From: Gammaproteobacteria bacterium
GTDB taxonomy: Bacteria > Pseudomonadota > Gammaproteobacteria > Steroidobacterales > Rariloculaceae
Length of the DNA: 64,000 nt
NCBI GenBank assembly: GCA_036381015.1
Contig: DASVDR010000046.1
Span: 1,721-65,720, forward strand
Direction: 5' to 3'
Shown here: positions 28,259 through 36,744 of the stretch, piece by piece
Position numbering within the stretch: the stretch's first letter is position 1
Layout: each line of letters opens with the position of its first letter
The notes under the pieces: generated by a model
Seen by the model: only the letters and a program-made list of their open reading frames with translations
What the model was told of the DNA's origin: nothing
Databases searched by the model: none
Made by a program: the position numbers and the translations under genes

Positions 28259-29229
28259 TGCGTCGCGCTCCTTCGATTCACGAGATCGCGGTACACCGCC
28301 TCCACGAACGCCTCCGTGGTCCAGCCGTTGTCGGGATGCCCGTAGCGCGGGTCGTAGTCGAGCGTCGGCTTCGCCGCGAGCACCTCGTCGAGACCCGCGC
28401 CCTGCTCCACCAGGCTCTGCACGCGGTCGCGGATGATCTGCACCATGTCGCGATACTCGACGACGTCCGCCTCGTCGCCGACGCGGCCGTGCCCCGGGAT
28501 CACGTAAGTGCCGCCCTCCTGAAGGTAGGCCGGCACGGCGATGTCGAGCATCGTGTTCAAGCCCTGAATGAAGCCGTCGATGCCGCCGCCCGCCTCGAGG
28601 TCCACGACCGGGTAGTGAGTGGTCACGAACAGATCGCCGGCGACGAGCACGTCGGAGCCGCGGAAATAGACGATCACGTCGCCGTCGGTGTGGGCCGCGG
28701 GCACGTGGTACAGAAAGATCGCCTCGCCGTTGAAGTAGAAGTCGCGCCGCGGCTCGAAGAACGTGTTCAGCGGCAACTCCGTGATCGGACGCCCGGCGTC
28801 CGACATCCGCGCGAGCACACGCTCGTGCGCGATGATCGCGGCCGGATTGCCGTTCACGGTCATTCCCGCCTGCGATAGGGCCTCGTTGCCGCCGGTATGG
28901 TCGGCGTGAGCATGCGTGTTGACGATCCAGCGGATCGGCTTGTCCGACAGGCGGCGAATCGCCGCGAGCACGTCGTCGCGCCTTTCCGAGAGGCCCGTAT
29001 CGACGACGAGCACCCCTTCGTCGCCGGTCTGCACGGCGATGTTCGCGCCGGCGCCGACGAGCATGTGCACGTTGCCTTGCACGTGGAAGATCTCGATCGG
29101 GTGCTCTTGAGCGCTCGCGGCGTGAGCGGCAAGAAGCCACGCCGCGAGCACCGCCGCCGAACGCCGCGCCGGAATGATCGGCGCCTTTCCAGAGGCCGTG
29201 GACGGCGTTCGTGGCCGCTCGAGCCGCAT
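28255..29229 (-). CDS. Exported metallo-beta-lactamase-fold hydrolase
   Basis: HxHxDH motif VNTHAHADHTGGNEAL, later HTDGD and PGHG. N-terminal signal RRSAAVLAAWLLAAHAASAQE. Confidence 0.85.
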   Translation of the reverse strand: MRLERPRTPSTASGKAPIIPARRSAAVLAAWLLAAHAASAQEHPIEIFHVQGNVHMLVGAGANIAVQTGDEGVLVVDTGLSERRDDVLAAIRRLSDKPIRWIVNTHAHADHTGGNEALSQAGMTVNGNPAAIIAHERVLARMSDAGRPITELPLNTFFEPRRDFYFNGEAIFLYHVPAAHTDGDVIVYFRGSDVLVAGDLFVTTHYPVVDLEAGGGIDGFIQGLNTMLDIAVPAYLQEGGTYVIPGHGRVGDEADVVEYRDMVQIIRDRVQSLVEQGAGLDEVLAAKPTLDYDPRYGHPDNGWTTEAFVEAVYRDLVNRRSATQ

Positions 29230-29232
29230 CCG

Positions 29233-30102
29233 CTATCTCGACTCGCGGATCATCGCTTCGACCTTCGGCATGTACTCGGGGTACGTCGCCTCAGCCCCGG
29301 CGAAAACCGCTTCGAACGGCAACCCGAACTTGTTCGCGAAGTCCCGAATGAACGGATTCTCGCCGGGCAGGTAGTGCGGAACCTCGTTCTTCGGCTGCGG
29401 CACTTCCATCGCGTACTCGCAGTTGTAGAGCCAGTTGCGGTTGCCGCGCTCCATCCGCACGAACTCCTCGCTCGTGATATACGGCTCCGTGAGATAGACC
29501 GGGTCCGTGACGATGGTCACGTGGGTGAGCAGGTCACCGTGGCGGATGTAGTGCTCGACCATCGTCGTGAGGTCGCTGCTCGGGATGCCGCTCCGGCGGT
29601 AGAACTCCTTCTTGATGTGCGTCGTCGTCACCGTGAGGATGTCGCCGTCCCACTGCCCGGTGGAGAACCCCATGAACGTATGCGGCGCGTATTCGGGGGG
29701 ATGCGGGCGGCCGTCCATCCAGATCGTCCGCCACTGCATGTACGTTCCGAGGTACTGGCGATAGGCGACGATCTCCTGCGTCGCCGGGTCCTTCTCCTCC
29801 CAGATGCGGAACTGGAGCGGGCCGCGATAGATGTGCGGCGCGTTGTAGGGCTGGCATTGATGCTCGAGCAGCGCGACGCGCGTGACGTCGAACGCCTGCG
29901 CGTAGCGCCGCGCGGCGTCGTTGAGCGGCACGCCGGTGAAGTCGCCCTGCACGTCGCCCGGGATGCGGTCCGTCCAGTCCTCGTGGTACTTGCCGGTCCA
30001 CTCGCCCGCAAGGGCGAGCTGCGCCGCCGCGGGTGCGGACGCGAGAAGCAGCAGCGCGGCGGCGCCTGCCGCGCGGGCGCTGCGCGCCCAGCTGGAAGGC
30101 AT
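29233..30102 (-). CDS. Exported protein, 'P-domain' paralog 2
   Basis: Signal peptide MPSSWARSARAAGAAALLLLASAPAAAQ. GEWTGKY ... VPLNDAARR ... HQCQPYNAP ... WMDGRPHPPEYAPHTFMGFSTGQWDGDILTVTTTH ... VTDPVYLTEPY ... LYNCEY. The ATG at 30102 lies 1 nt after the upstream stop; the ORF track uses TTG at 30111. Confidence 0.75.
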   Translation of the reverse strand: MPSSWARSARAAGAAALLLLASAPAAAQLALAGEWTGKYHEDWTDRIPGDVQGDFTGVPLNDAARRYAQAFDVTRVALLEHQCQPYNAPHIYRGPLQFRIWEEKDPATQEIVAYRQYLGTYMQWRTIWMDGRPHPPEYAPHTFMGFSTGQWDGDILTVTTTHIKKEFYRRSGIPSSDLTTMVEHYIRHGDLLTHVTIVTDPVYLTEPYITSEEFVRMERGNRNWLYNCEYAMEVPQPKNEVPHYLPGENPFIRDFANKFGLPFEAVFAGAEATYPEYMPKVEAMIRESR

Positions 30103-30103
30103 G

Positions 30104-30499
30104 CTAGTCAAACGTCTCGCCGGGCCGCCGGCCCCAGTCGAAGCCGTCGGAGTTGCGCCGCAGGTAGCGCATGCGAATGCGGTAGTCGGAGGGATCGCGG
30201 CCGGGATTGCCCGTGATCGTGACGATGTCGCCCGGCCGAAGCGTCTGGCTCGTGACGCCTTGATTGGACAGCTGCCCCGCGCCGCCCCACTCGACGGCCC
30301 AGCGGTGGAGCTCGCCGTTCTCGTCCGGCGCTTCGACGTGCACGAACGAGTGCGGGTTGCGGAACAGGAACTGGAGCAGCTTGCCCTCGATCTGGATCGT
30401 CCGGTCCTCGAAGTACGTTGCCGCGAACGAGTGGTGCGCCTGGGCCACGCTTGCGCCGAGCGCCGTCAAGATGATCAGAAGGACCGATCTCGAAATCAT
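30104..30499 (-). CDS. Small exported 'H-domain' protein (resembles DUF6152 from memory): signal peptide then HH..., NPH motif
   Basis: 131 aa. MISRSVLLIILTALGASVAQA|HHSFAATYFEDRTIQIEGKLLQFLFRNPHSFVHV ... GDIVTITG. Homologous by eye to three other segments in the window. Confidence 0.75.
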   Translation of the reverse strand: MISRSVLLIILTALGASVAQAHHSFAATYFEDRTIQIEGKLLQFLFRNPHSFVHVEAPDENGELHRWAVEWGGAGQLSNQGVTSQTLRPGDIVTITGNPGRDPSDYRIRMRYLRRNSDGFDWGRRPGETFD

Positions 30500-30641
30500 G
30501 GGCCTGCTCCCCGCGCCCCGGCGGCCCCGCGGCGCGGGGCAGACGCCGGTGTTTTTGGTTTCGGATGATTCTACTACATCGACTCCGCGATCGTCCTGCG
30601 CCCGCGGCGAGCGGCGCGTATCGATATTCGCGGGCGGCGCG

Positions 30642-31841
30642 CTAGATTTCGCGGGCGGCGCGCTCGGCGGTCTCGGCCTGCGCGCCGCCGAATGCGTCCG
30701 CCGCGGCGATCACCGCGGCGATCGCTTCACGCTCCTCGGCGGCAAGGCGCGGGCTCCAGATGTCGCAGATCAAGATCACACGCGGCTCGTCGCTGTCGTT
30801 CCACGCCTCGTGCTCGATCGTGTCGTCGAAGACCCACGCCTCGCCGACCCGCCATTCGCGCGTCTCGCCTCCGACGCGAAAGCCGCAACGGCCGGGCACG
30901 ATCAGCGGCAAATGCACGACCAGCCGGAAGTTCGCGACGCCGGTATGCGGCGGAATGCGCGTTTTCGGCTGCAACACGGAGAAGAGCGCCGAAGGGGAGC
31001 GCTCCTGCACGTGCGGCTGCGGCAGCATTTCGAGGACGCCGGCCGTGGCAGGCGCGCGGCGCAGCCGCTCCTCGATCGGCCGCCCGCGGTCGAAGAAGTG
31101 GAACGCGCTCCACCGCGGCGAGTGATTCAGCTCGCGCCATTGGTCGAGCGGGAGATGATCGTCGTACTGAATGTAGGGCTCGAAACCTTGCGCGTCCTCG
31201 CGCAGGATCGCCTCGAGCTCCGCCCGGATACCGTCGCCGGCGGCTTCGAGCTCCGCGAGCCACGGAAACTCGTCCCGATCGTAGAACTCGATCGCGGGCA
31301 GCCCGGGATAGAAATAGTCCGTCGGCTCCTGCCGGTATCGTTTGCGCAGGCGCAAGGCCATGTCGATGAAGGCATCGACGCGCCGGCGCCCGGCGGGCGC
31401 GCAGCGCGCCCGGGCCTCGGCCGTCTCCGCGCGAATGAAGTCGCCGAGCTCGCGCGTATGCTTCGCATGGAAGGCCCGCGCGTGCTCGAGCGCGGCGCAG
31501 GTGGCGGAATCGAGGTGCGACTCCGGCGGGGCGTTCGCGAGGGCCGCGCCGTACGCGGCCGCCGCAGCCCGGTGCCTGCCCTCCCGCTCGAGCAGCGAGC
31601 CGTTCATCAGCAGGGCGTGAAAGTTGCGCGGGTCGAGCCTCAAGACCTCGCGCAACGCGGCGAATGCCCCGCGGAGGTCATCGAGCTGCCGGCAGGCGCC
31701 GGCGAGGTTCAGCCACGCAGCAATGCTCCGCGGATCGATCTCGAGACTTTGCGACCAGAGGGCCCTGGCCGTCGCGTAGTCGCGGGCCCCCATCGCGCGC
31801 CGGGCGCGCGCGAGCAGCCCGGGTAGGTCAGCGTTCGCCAT
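30642..31841 (-). CDS. TPR-repeat + aspartyl/asparaginyl beta-hydroxylase-like 2OG-Fe(II) oxygenase
   Basis: N-terminal TPRs (ARALWSQSLEIDPRSIAAWLNLAGACRQL ...). C-terminal AspH/LpxO-type cupin: YFYPGLPAIEFYDRDEFPW ... IPPHTGVANFRLVVHLPL ... WVFDDTIEHEAWN. Start taken at MANADLPG (31841). Confidence 0.85.
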   Translation of the reverse strand: MANADLPGLLARARRAMGARDYATARALWSQSLEIDPRSIAAWLNLAGACRQLDDLRGAFAALREVLRLDPRNFHALLMNGSLLEREGRHRAAAAAYGAALANAPPESHLDSATCAALEHARAFHAKHTRELGDFIRAETAEARARCAPAGRRRVDAFIDMALRLRKRYRQEPTDYFYPGLPAIEFYDRDEFPWLAELEAAGDGIRAELEAILREDAQGFEPYIQYDDHLPLDQWRELNHSPRWSAFHFFDRGRPIEERLRRAPATAGVLEMLPQPHVQERSPSALFSVLQPKTRIPPHTGVANFRLVVHLPLIVPGRCGFRVGGETREWRVGEAWVFDDTIEHEAWNDSDEPRVILICDIWSPRLAAEEREAIAAVIAAADAFGGAQAETAERAAREI

Positions 31842-32059
31842 CCACTCACCGCGCAAAGCGGGCCTCGGCCTGCACAGGATACAACCCCGATCGGCACTCG
31901 GCACGGCCGCCGGTGCCCGGACGCTCCCGGGCCCGCGGCCGCCTCTCGACGGCCCGGGCCGACTGAACTATGGTTAACTGGGGGCGGCGCGGTGCGCCCT
32001 CCCCTTCCCGATGCGGGTAGAATCAAGCGTATCGATGGGCTCAACCAGGGGGACGTCTC

Positions 32060-33151
32060 ATGCTTCGGATCGCGCTGGCGGGCATTGCCGCCGTCACGTG
32101 CCTGTTCGCGGCCGTATCGGCCGTCGCTCATCACTCCGTCGCGGCGGAGTTCGACACGGACCGCCAAGGCGAGCTCCGCGGCGAGATCACGCAGGTATGG
32201 TTCACGAACCCTCACGTGCGCTATCGGCTGCACGTCACGAACGCGGACGGCAGCACCGAGGACTGGGAGCTTCAGGCCGGCAACGTCACGAATCTGCGGC
32301 GCGTCAACTGGAATGCCGATTCGATCCGCGTCGGTGACGTCGTCACCGTCAGCGGCCAGCTCGGCCGCCGCGGAGCGAAGAAGCTGCTGATCCGGGATCT
32401 CGAGACCGCCGACGGCCGGCACTTCCCGCCGCGCAGCAACGCCGAGCGGCGTCCCGACCGGAACGCGGTGAACGCGAGCGCCGACAAGGATTACACGTAC
32501 TCGGCCGCGGCTGACGACTATCCGATCGACATCACGGGCGGCTGGCGCAACAGCTACAAGTGGCACGTGACGGTCGACGATCTCGAGCCGAAACCGATTC
32601 CGTTCACGGCCGAAGGCCGTCGCATATTCGAGGCCACGGAGCCGTGGCACGACCCGTCCCTGCGCTGCGTCGCGCCGGGCCTGCCGCGCATCTTCGGTGC
32701 GCCGTACAACATGGATATCGTCGACGCCGGCACGCACTACCTGATGGTCTACATCGAGCACAACACGCCGCGCCGCGTTTGGATGGACGGCCGCACGCCG
32801 CCCGAAGACACGCCGCCGACGCCGATGGGCTTCTCGGTCGGCCACTGGGAAGGCGACGAGCTCGTGATCGAGACCACGCACCTGAGCGCGGGGTGGCTCG
32901 ACGGCTCCGGGCTGCCGATGTCCGGCGACGGAACGCGGATCGTCGAGCGGTACACGTTCAGCGACGACCGGCTCACGATGGACCGGGTGATGACGATCTA
33001 CGACCCGTATTACACGGAGCCGCTCGTGCGCCGCAGAGCGTCCGCGCGCGACGACGAGCTCGACCTCACCGAGCAGGCCCCGTGCGACCCGGACAGCTAC
33101 TACCGCGACCTGGCCGCCGCCGGCAGGCTCGACGCGCACTTCTCGCGCTGA
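32060..33151 (+). CDS. Exported fusion protein: H-domain (aa 1-~137) + P-domain paralog 3 (aa ~150-363)
   Basis: MLRIALAGIAAVTCLFAAVSAVA|HHSVAAEFDTDRQGELRGEITQVWFTNPHVRY ... GDVVTVSG. Then DITGGW ... FTAEGRR ... LRCVAPGLPRIF ... WMDGRTPPEDTPPTPMGFSVGHWEGDELVIETTH ... IYDPYYTEPL ... APCDPD. RBS AGGGGGA. Confidence 0.8.
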   Translation: MLRIALAGIAAVTCLFAAVSAVAHHSVAAEFDTDRQGELRGEITQVWFTNPHVRYRLHVTNADGSTEDWELQAGNVTNLRRVNWNADSIRVGDVVTVSGQLGRRGAKKLLIRDLETADGRHFPPRSNAERRPDRNAVNASADKDYTYSAAADDYPIDITGGWRNSYKWHVTVDDLEPKPIPFTAEGRRIFEATEPWHDPSLRCVAPGLPRIFGAPYNMDIVDAGTHYLMVYIEHNTPRRVWMDGRTPPEDTPPTPMGFSVGHWEGDELVIETTHLSAGWLDGSGLPMSGDGTRIVERYTFSDDRLTMDRVMTIYDPYYTEPLVRRRASARDDELDLTEQAPCDPDSYYRDLAAAGRLDAHFSR

Positions 33152-33173
33152 CGCCGGCGCACGGAGAACGACG

Positions 33174-33599
33174 ATGAAGCAGGTCGTGGTCAGCGGCGTC
33201 GTGGCCGCCGTCGTGAGCTTTCTCGTGCTCGAGATCGGCGAGCGAACCCGCGACGAGCCGATCGACGAGGACGTCCTCGCCGAGCACCTCGCGGCCCATC
33301 CGCTGATCGCCGAGCGCCTCGACGGCCCGTCGCTGACCTACACGGATGAGCTCATCCAGGACGGCTGGGTGAACGGCGCGCGCGCGCCGGGCGCCGAGCA
33401 CAAGCCGCTCGCGCCGGCGGAGAGCTCGATTTGCTACCTCACGAAAGTCCAAATCAAGGGCATCCAGGGGCCGGAGGACTCGAGCTCGTGCAGCATCGGC
33501 ATCGATGACTTCACGGGCTATTGGCAGGTCACGGCCGCGGTCGAGGAAGGGAGCCGGTCGGAGGTGCGGTGCAACGCCCGTTGCCTGGTCTGGGAATAA
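33174..33599 (+). CDS. Small membrane-anchored, Cys-containing hypothetical protein
   Basis: 141 aa. N-terminal TM VVVSGVVAAVVSFLVLEI, four Cys in the C-terminal half (SSICYL, SSSCSIG, VRCNARC). RBS GGAGAA. Sits between two H-domain genes. No family recognised. Confidence 0.5.
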   Translation: MKQVVVSGVVAAVVSFLVLEIGERTRDEPIDEDVLAEHLAAHPLIAERLDGPSLTYTDELIQDGWVNGARAPGAEHKPLAPAESSICYLTKVQIKGIQGPEDSSSCSIGIDDFTGYWQVTAAVEEGSRSEVRCNARCLVWE

Positions 33600-33617
33600 G
33601 TCGAGGAGCCGAACGAC

Positions 33618-34208
33618 GTGAACACGCACACTGCGAAGAGAGGCGCGCGGCTCGCGCCGCGGGTGCTCGGCGTCTTGCTGCTCGCCGCGGCCGCGGCTGA
33701 AGCTCATCACGACAGCCAGGCCGAGTTCGGCCCGTTCGGGTCGCCGACCATCTACGTCGAAGGCCGCATCGTCCGGATCAACTGGGCGAATCCGCACATC
33801 AGCATCGATATGGAAACCACCGGCGGGGAGCTGCCGGCGGGGCAGAAATGGCGCATCGTCAGCCATCCGATCCGCATCATGGAGGAGTACGGCTTCAAGC
33901 GCGAAGATTTCGAGGTCGGCGACACGCTGAAGCTTCTCGCTTGGACGCACGTCCGGGGCCAGCCGCTGATCTGGCCGCGTGCAATTCAGGTCAACGACGG
34001 GCCGCTGCGCTCGAACCTGCGCTTCACGGACATGATCGACATTGCGAACGGCGTGTTCGAATCGCTGCACATCCAGCCCGCGGCGAACCTGAACGGGTCT
34101 CCGGCCGGGCGCGCCGGCCCCGAGACCGTCAGTAAGCTCGAGGCGATGGGGCTCCTCGACGAGCAGGGGCGCATGATCTGGCCGCCGCCGGACACGGCGG
34201 CGAATTGA
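33618..34208 (+). CDS. Exported 'H-domain' protein with C-terminal extension
   Basis: 196 aa, GTG start with GAGGAG RBS. ...VLGVLLLAAAAAEA|HHDSQAEFGPFGSPTIYVEGRIVRINWANPHISIDM ... VGDTLKLLAW. Confidence 0.7.
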   Translation: MNTHTAKRGARLAPRVLGVLLLAAAAAEAHHDSQAEFGPFGSPTIYVEGRIVRINWANPHISIDMETTGGELPAGQKWRIVSHPIRIMEEYGFKREDFEVGDTLKLLAWTHVRGQPLIWPRAIQVNDGPLRSNLRFTDMIDIANGVFESLHIQPAANLNGSPAGRAGPETVSKLEAMGLLDEQGRMIWPPPDTAAN

Positions 34209-34413
34209 GGCCGCAACCGCCCGAACGACCTCCTTGATCCGACACGAGCGCCGGCGCTCTTGATTCGATAGAGAAAAACGGCGCGCGCCGGGCACCGGGA
34301 TCGTTGCCGGCCGCGGCTCCCGTCGCAGCGCGCGTGCTTCTTTTTTCCGCGGCGGTACAATCGGTCCAACGGAGCCCGGCCCCTTCCTCAGCGGGCCTCC
34401 CGCCGAGTGCCCG

Positions 34414-36744
34414 ATGACCGATTCCGAGAACAAGGAGCGCGGACCGCGCTCCGGCCCGGACGAGCCGGTCTTCCGACAGCTGGTCGAGACCGTACGCGAC
34501 TATGGGATCTTCATGCTCGATCCCACGGGCCGCGTGGTCACGTGGAACGAAGGCGCGCGGAGGATCAAGGGCTACACCGCCGAGGACATCATCGGCTCGC
34601 ATTTTTCACGCTTCTATCCGCAGGAAGCGATCGACCGGGGCTGGCCGGATTACGAGCTGGCGCGGGCGGCCGCCGACGGCCGCTTCGAGGACGAGTCGTG
34701 GCGCGTCCGCAAGGACGGCACGCTGTTCTGGGCGAACGTCGTGATCACCGCCCTGCACGATGCGGACGGCAACCTCATCGGCTTCTCGAAGGTCACGCGC
34801 GACCTCAGTGAGCGACGCCGGCGCGAGGAGGCCCTCCGACAAAGCGAGGAGCGCTTCCGCGCCCTCGTCGAGGGCGTCAGGGACTACGCGATCTTCATGC
34901 TCGACCCTCAGGGATTCGTCACGACATGGACCGTCGGGGCGAAGGAGCTGCAGGGGTACGAGGCCGAGGAGATCGTCGGCGCCCATTTCTCGCGCTTCTA
35001 CCCGCCCGACGCGATCAAGCGCGGTTGGCCGGAGCGAGAGCTGCGCGCGGCCACGATGGAAGGGCGTTTCGAGGACGAAGGCTGGCGCATCCGCAAGGAC
35101 GGGTCGCGCTTCTGGGCCAACGTGCTGATCACTGCGCTGCGTGACGAGCGCACGGGCGCCCTGATCGGGTTCTCGAAGATCACGCGCGATCTGACCGAGC
35201 GCCGGCGCCAGGAGCAGGCGCTCGCGCAAAGCGAGGAACGCTTTCGGCTGCTCGTCGATGGCGTCGCCGACTACGCGATCGTGATGCTCGACCCGAAGGG
35301 GCTCGTGAGCAGCTGGAACGGCGGCGCCGAGAAGCTGACCGCTTATACCGCCCAGGAGATCCTCGGCAGGCACTTCTCGCATTTCTATACGTCCGAGGAG
35401 GTTGCCGAGCACAAGCCGTGGATGCACCTAGCCCGCGCGATGGCAACCGGACGCGTCACGGACGAAGGCTGGCGGGCCCGCAAGAACGGCTCGCTGTTCT
35501 GGGCGAGCAGCATCACCACGGCGCTGCACGATGCCGACGGGCGGCCGTACGGTTTCGCGCAAGTCATGCAGGATCTCACGCACAGGCGGCACGCCGAGGC
35601 GTTGGCGGATCGGGCCCAGCGGATGCACGAGTTCATCGCGATGCTCGCGCACGAGCTGCGCAACCCGCTCGCGCCGATCCGCAACGCCGTGGAGCTGATG
35701 GCGAAGAAGGGGCTTCCGGACCCCACGCTCGAGTCGATGCGGCAGACCATAGAGCGGCAGAGCGCCCACCTCACGCGCATCATCGACGAGCTCCTCGACG
35801 TGAACCGCATCGCGCGCGGCAAGTTCACGATCGCGAAGGAGAATCTCGATGTCAAGGAGGTTCTCGCCCGCGCTGTCGAGACGAGCCGCCCGCTGATCGA
35901 CTCGCAAGGCCACCGCCTGCACGTCGAGATCTCGCCGGATTCGCTTCATGTGCAAGGCGACTCGGTGCGCTTGACGCAGGCGATGGTGAACCTTTTGAAC
36001 AACGCAGCGAAATACACGCCGGCCGGCGGCCAAATTTGGCTCACGGCCGAGGCGCACGCCGCCGATGTCGAGGTTCGCGTGCGCGATAGCGGCCGCGGCA
36101 TCTCCGCCGAGGACATCGAGCGGATATTCGATCTGTTCGCGCAGATCGATCCGAACAGCACCGAAGGGCGAGGCGGGCTCGGCGTCGGCCTCGCACTCGT
36201 CCGCCGAGTCGTCGAGCTGCACGCGGGCAGCGTGAAGGCGAGGAGCGGCGGCCCCGGACGGGGCAGCGAGTTCATCGTGCGCCTGCCGCTATCCGTGCAG
36301 CGGCTGAAGGGCGTTCCGGACGTGAAGGCGCCGGACTTGGCGGCCAGCGTGCCGACGCTGCGCGTGCTCGTCGTCGACGACAACCGCGATGCGGCCGACA
36401 GCCTGCGGCTGCTGCTCGAAGCGATGGGGCAGGTCGCGTACGCCGTCTACGACGGGCGTCTCGCGCTCGCCGCGGTCGAGAGATTCCAGCCGGACATCGT
36501 GCTGCTCGACATCGGGATGCCGCACATGAACGGCTACGACGTCGCCGATCAAATCAAATCCGCGTCGTTCGATCATGCTCCCGTGCTCGCCGCGGTCACG
36601 GGCTTTGGGCAGGAAACCGACAAGCGCCGCGCGCGCGACACCGGGTTCGAGCATCATTTCGTGAAGCCGGTGGACGCGAAGGCATTGCAGACGCTCCTCC
36701 AAGGCGTCGCCGACGCGCGGCAGCGGAGCCGCGATCGATCCTGA
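34414..36744 (+). CDS. Hybrid sensor histidine kinase: 3 tandem PAS domains + HisKA + HATPase_c + receiver
   Basis: Three ~128-aa repeats, each with DY(G/A)I(F/V)MLDP ... HFS(R/H)FY ... EGWR.RK.GS.FWA ... GF(S/A)K(V/I). H-box MLAHELRNPLAPI, N-box LLNNAAKYTP, G-boxes RDSGRGI and GGLGVGLAL. Receiver LRVLVVDDNRD ... LLDIGMPHMNGYD ... FVKP. Confidence 0.9.
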   Translation: MTDSENKERGPRSGPDEPVFRQLVETVRDYGIFMLDPTGRVVTWNEGARRIKGYTAEDIIGSHFSRFYPQEAIDRGWPDYELARAAADGRFEDESWRVRKDGTLFWANVVITALHDADGNLIGFSKVTRDLSERRRREEALRQSEERFRALVEGVRDYAIFMLDPQGFVTTWTVGAKELQGYEAEEIVGAHFSRFYPPDAIKRGWPERELRAATMEGRFEDEGWRIRKDGSRFWANVLITALRDERTGALIGFSKITRDLTERRRQEQALAQSEERFRLLVDGVADYAIVMLDPKGLVSSWNGGAEKLTAYTAQEILGRHFSHFYTSEEVAEHKPWMHLARAMATGRVTDEGWRARKNGSLFWASSITTALHDADGRPYGFAQVMQDLTHRRHAEALADRAQRMHEFIAMLAHELRNPLAPIRNAVELMAKKGLPDPTLESMRQTIERQSAHLTRIIDELLDVNRIARGKFTIAKENLDVKEVLARAVETSRPLIDSQGHRLHVEISPDSLHVQGDSVRLTQAMVNLLNNAAKYTPAGGQIWLTAEAHAADVEVRVRDSGRGISAEDIERIFDLFAQIDPNSTEGRGGLGVGLALVRRVVELHAGSVKARSGGPGRGSEFIVRLPLSVQRLKGVPDVKAPDLAASVPTLRVLVVDDNRDAADSLRLLLEAMGQVAYAVYDGRLALAAVERFQPDIVLLDIGMPHMNGYDVADQIKSASFDHAPVLAAVTGFGQETDKRRARDTGFEHHFVKPVDAKALQTLLQGVADARQRSRDRS

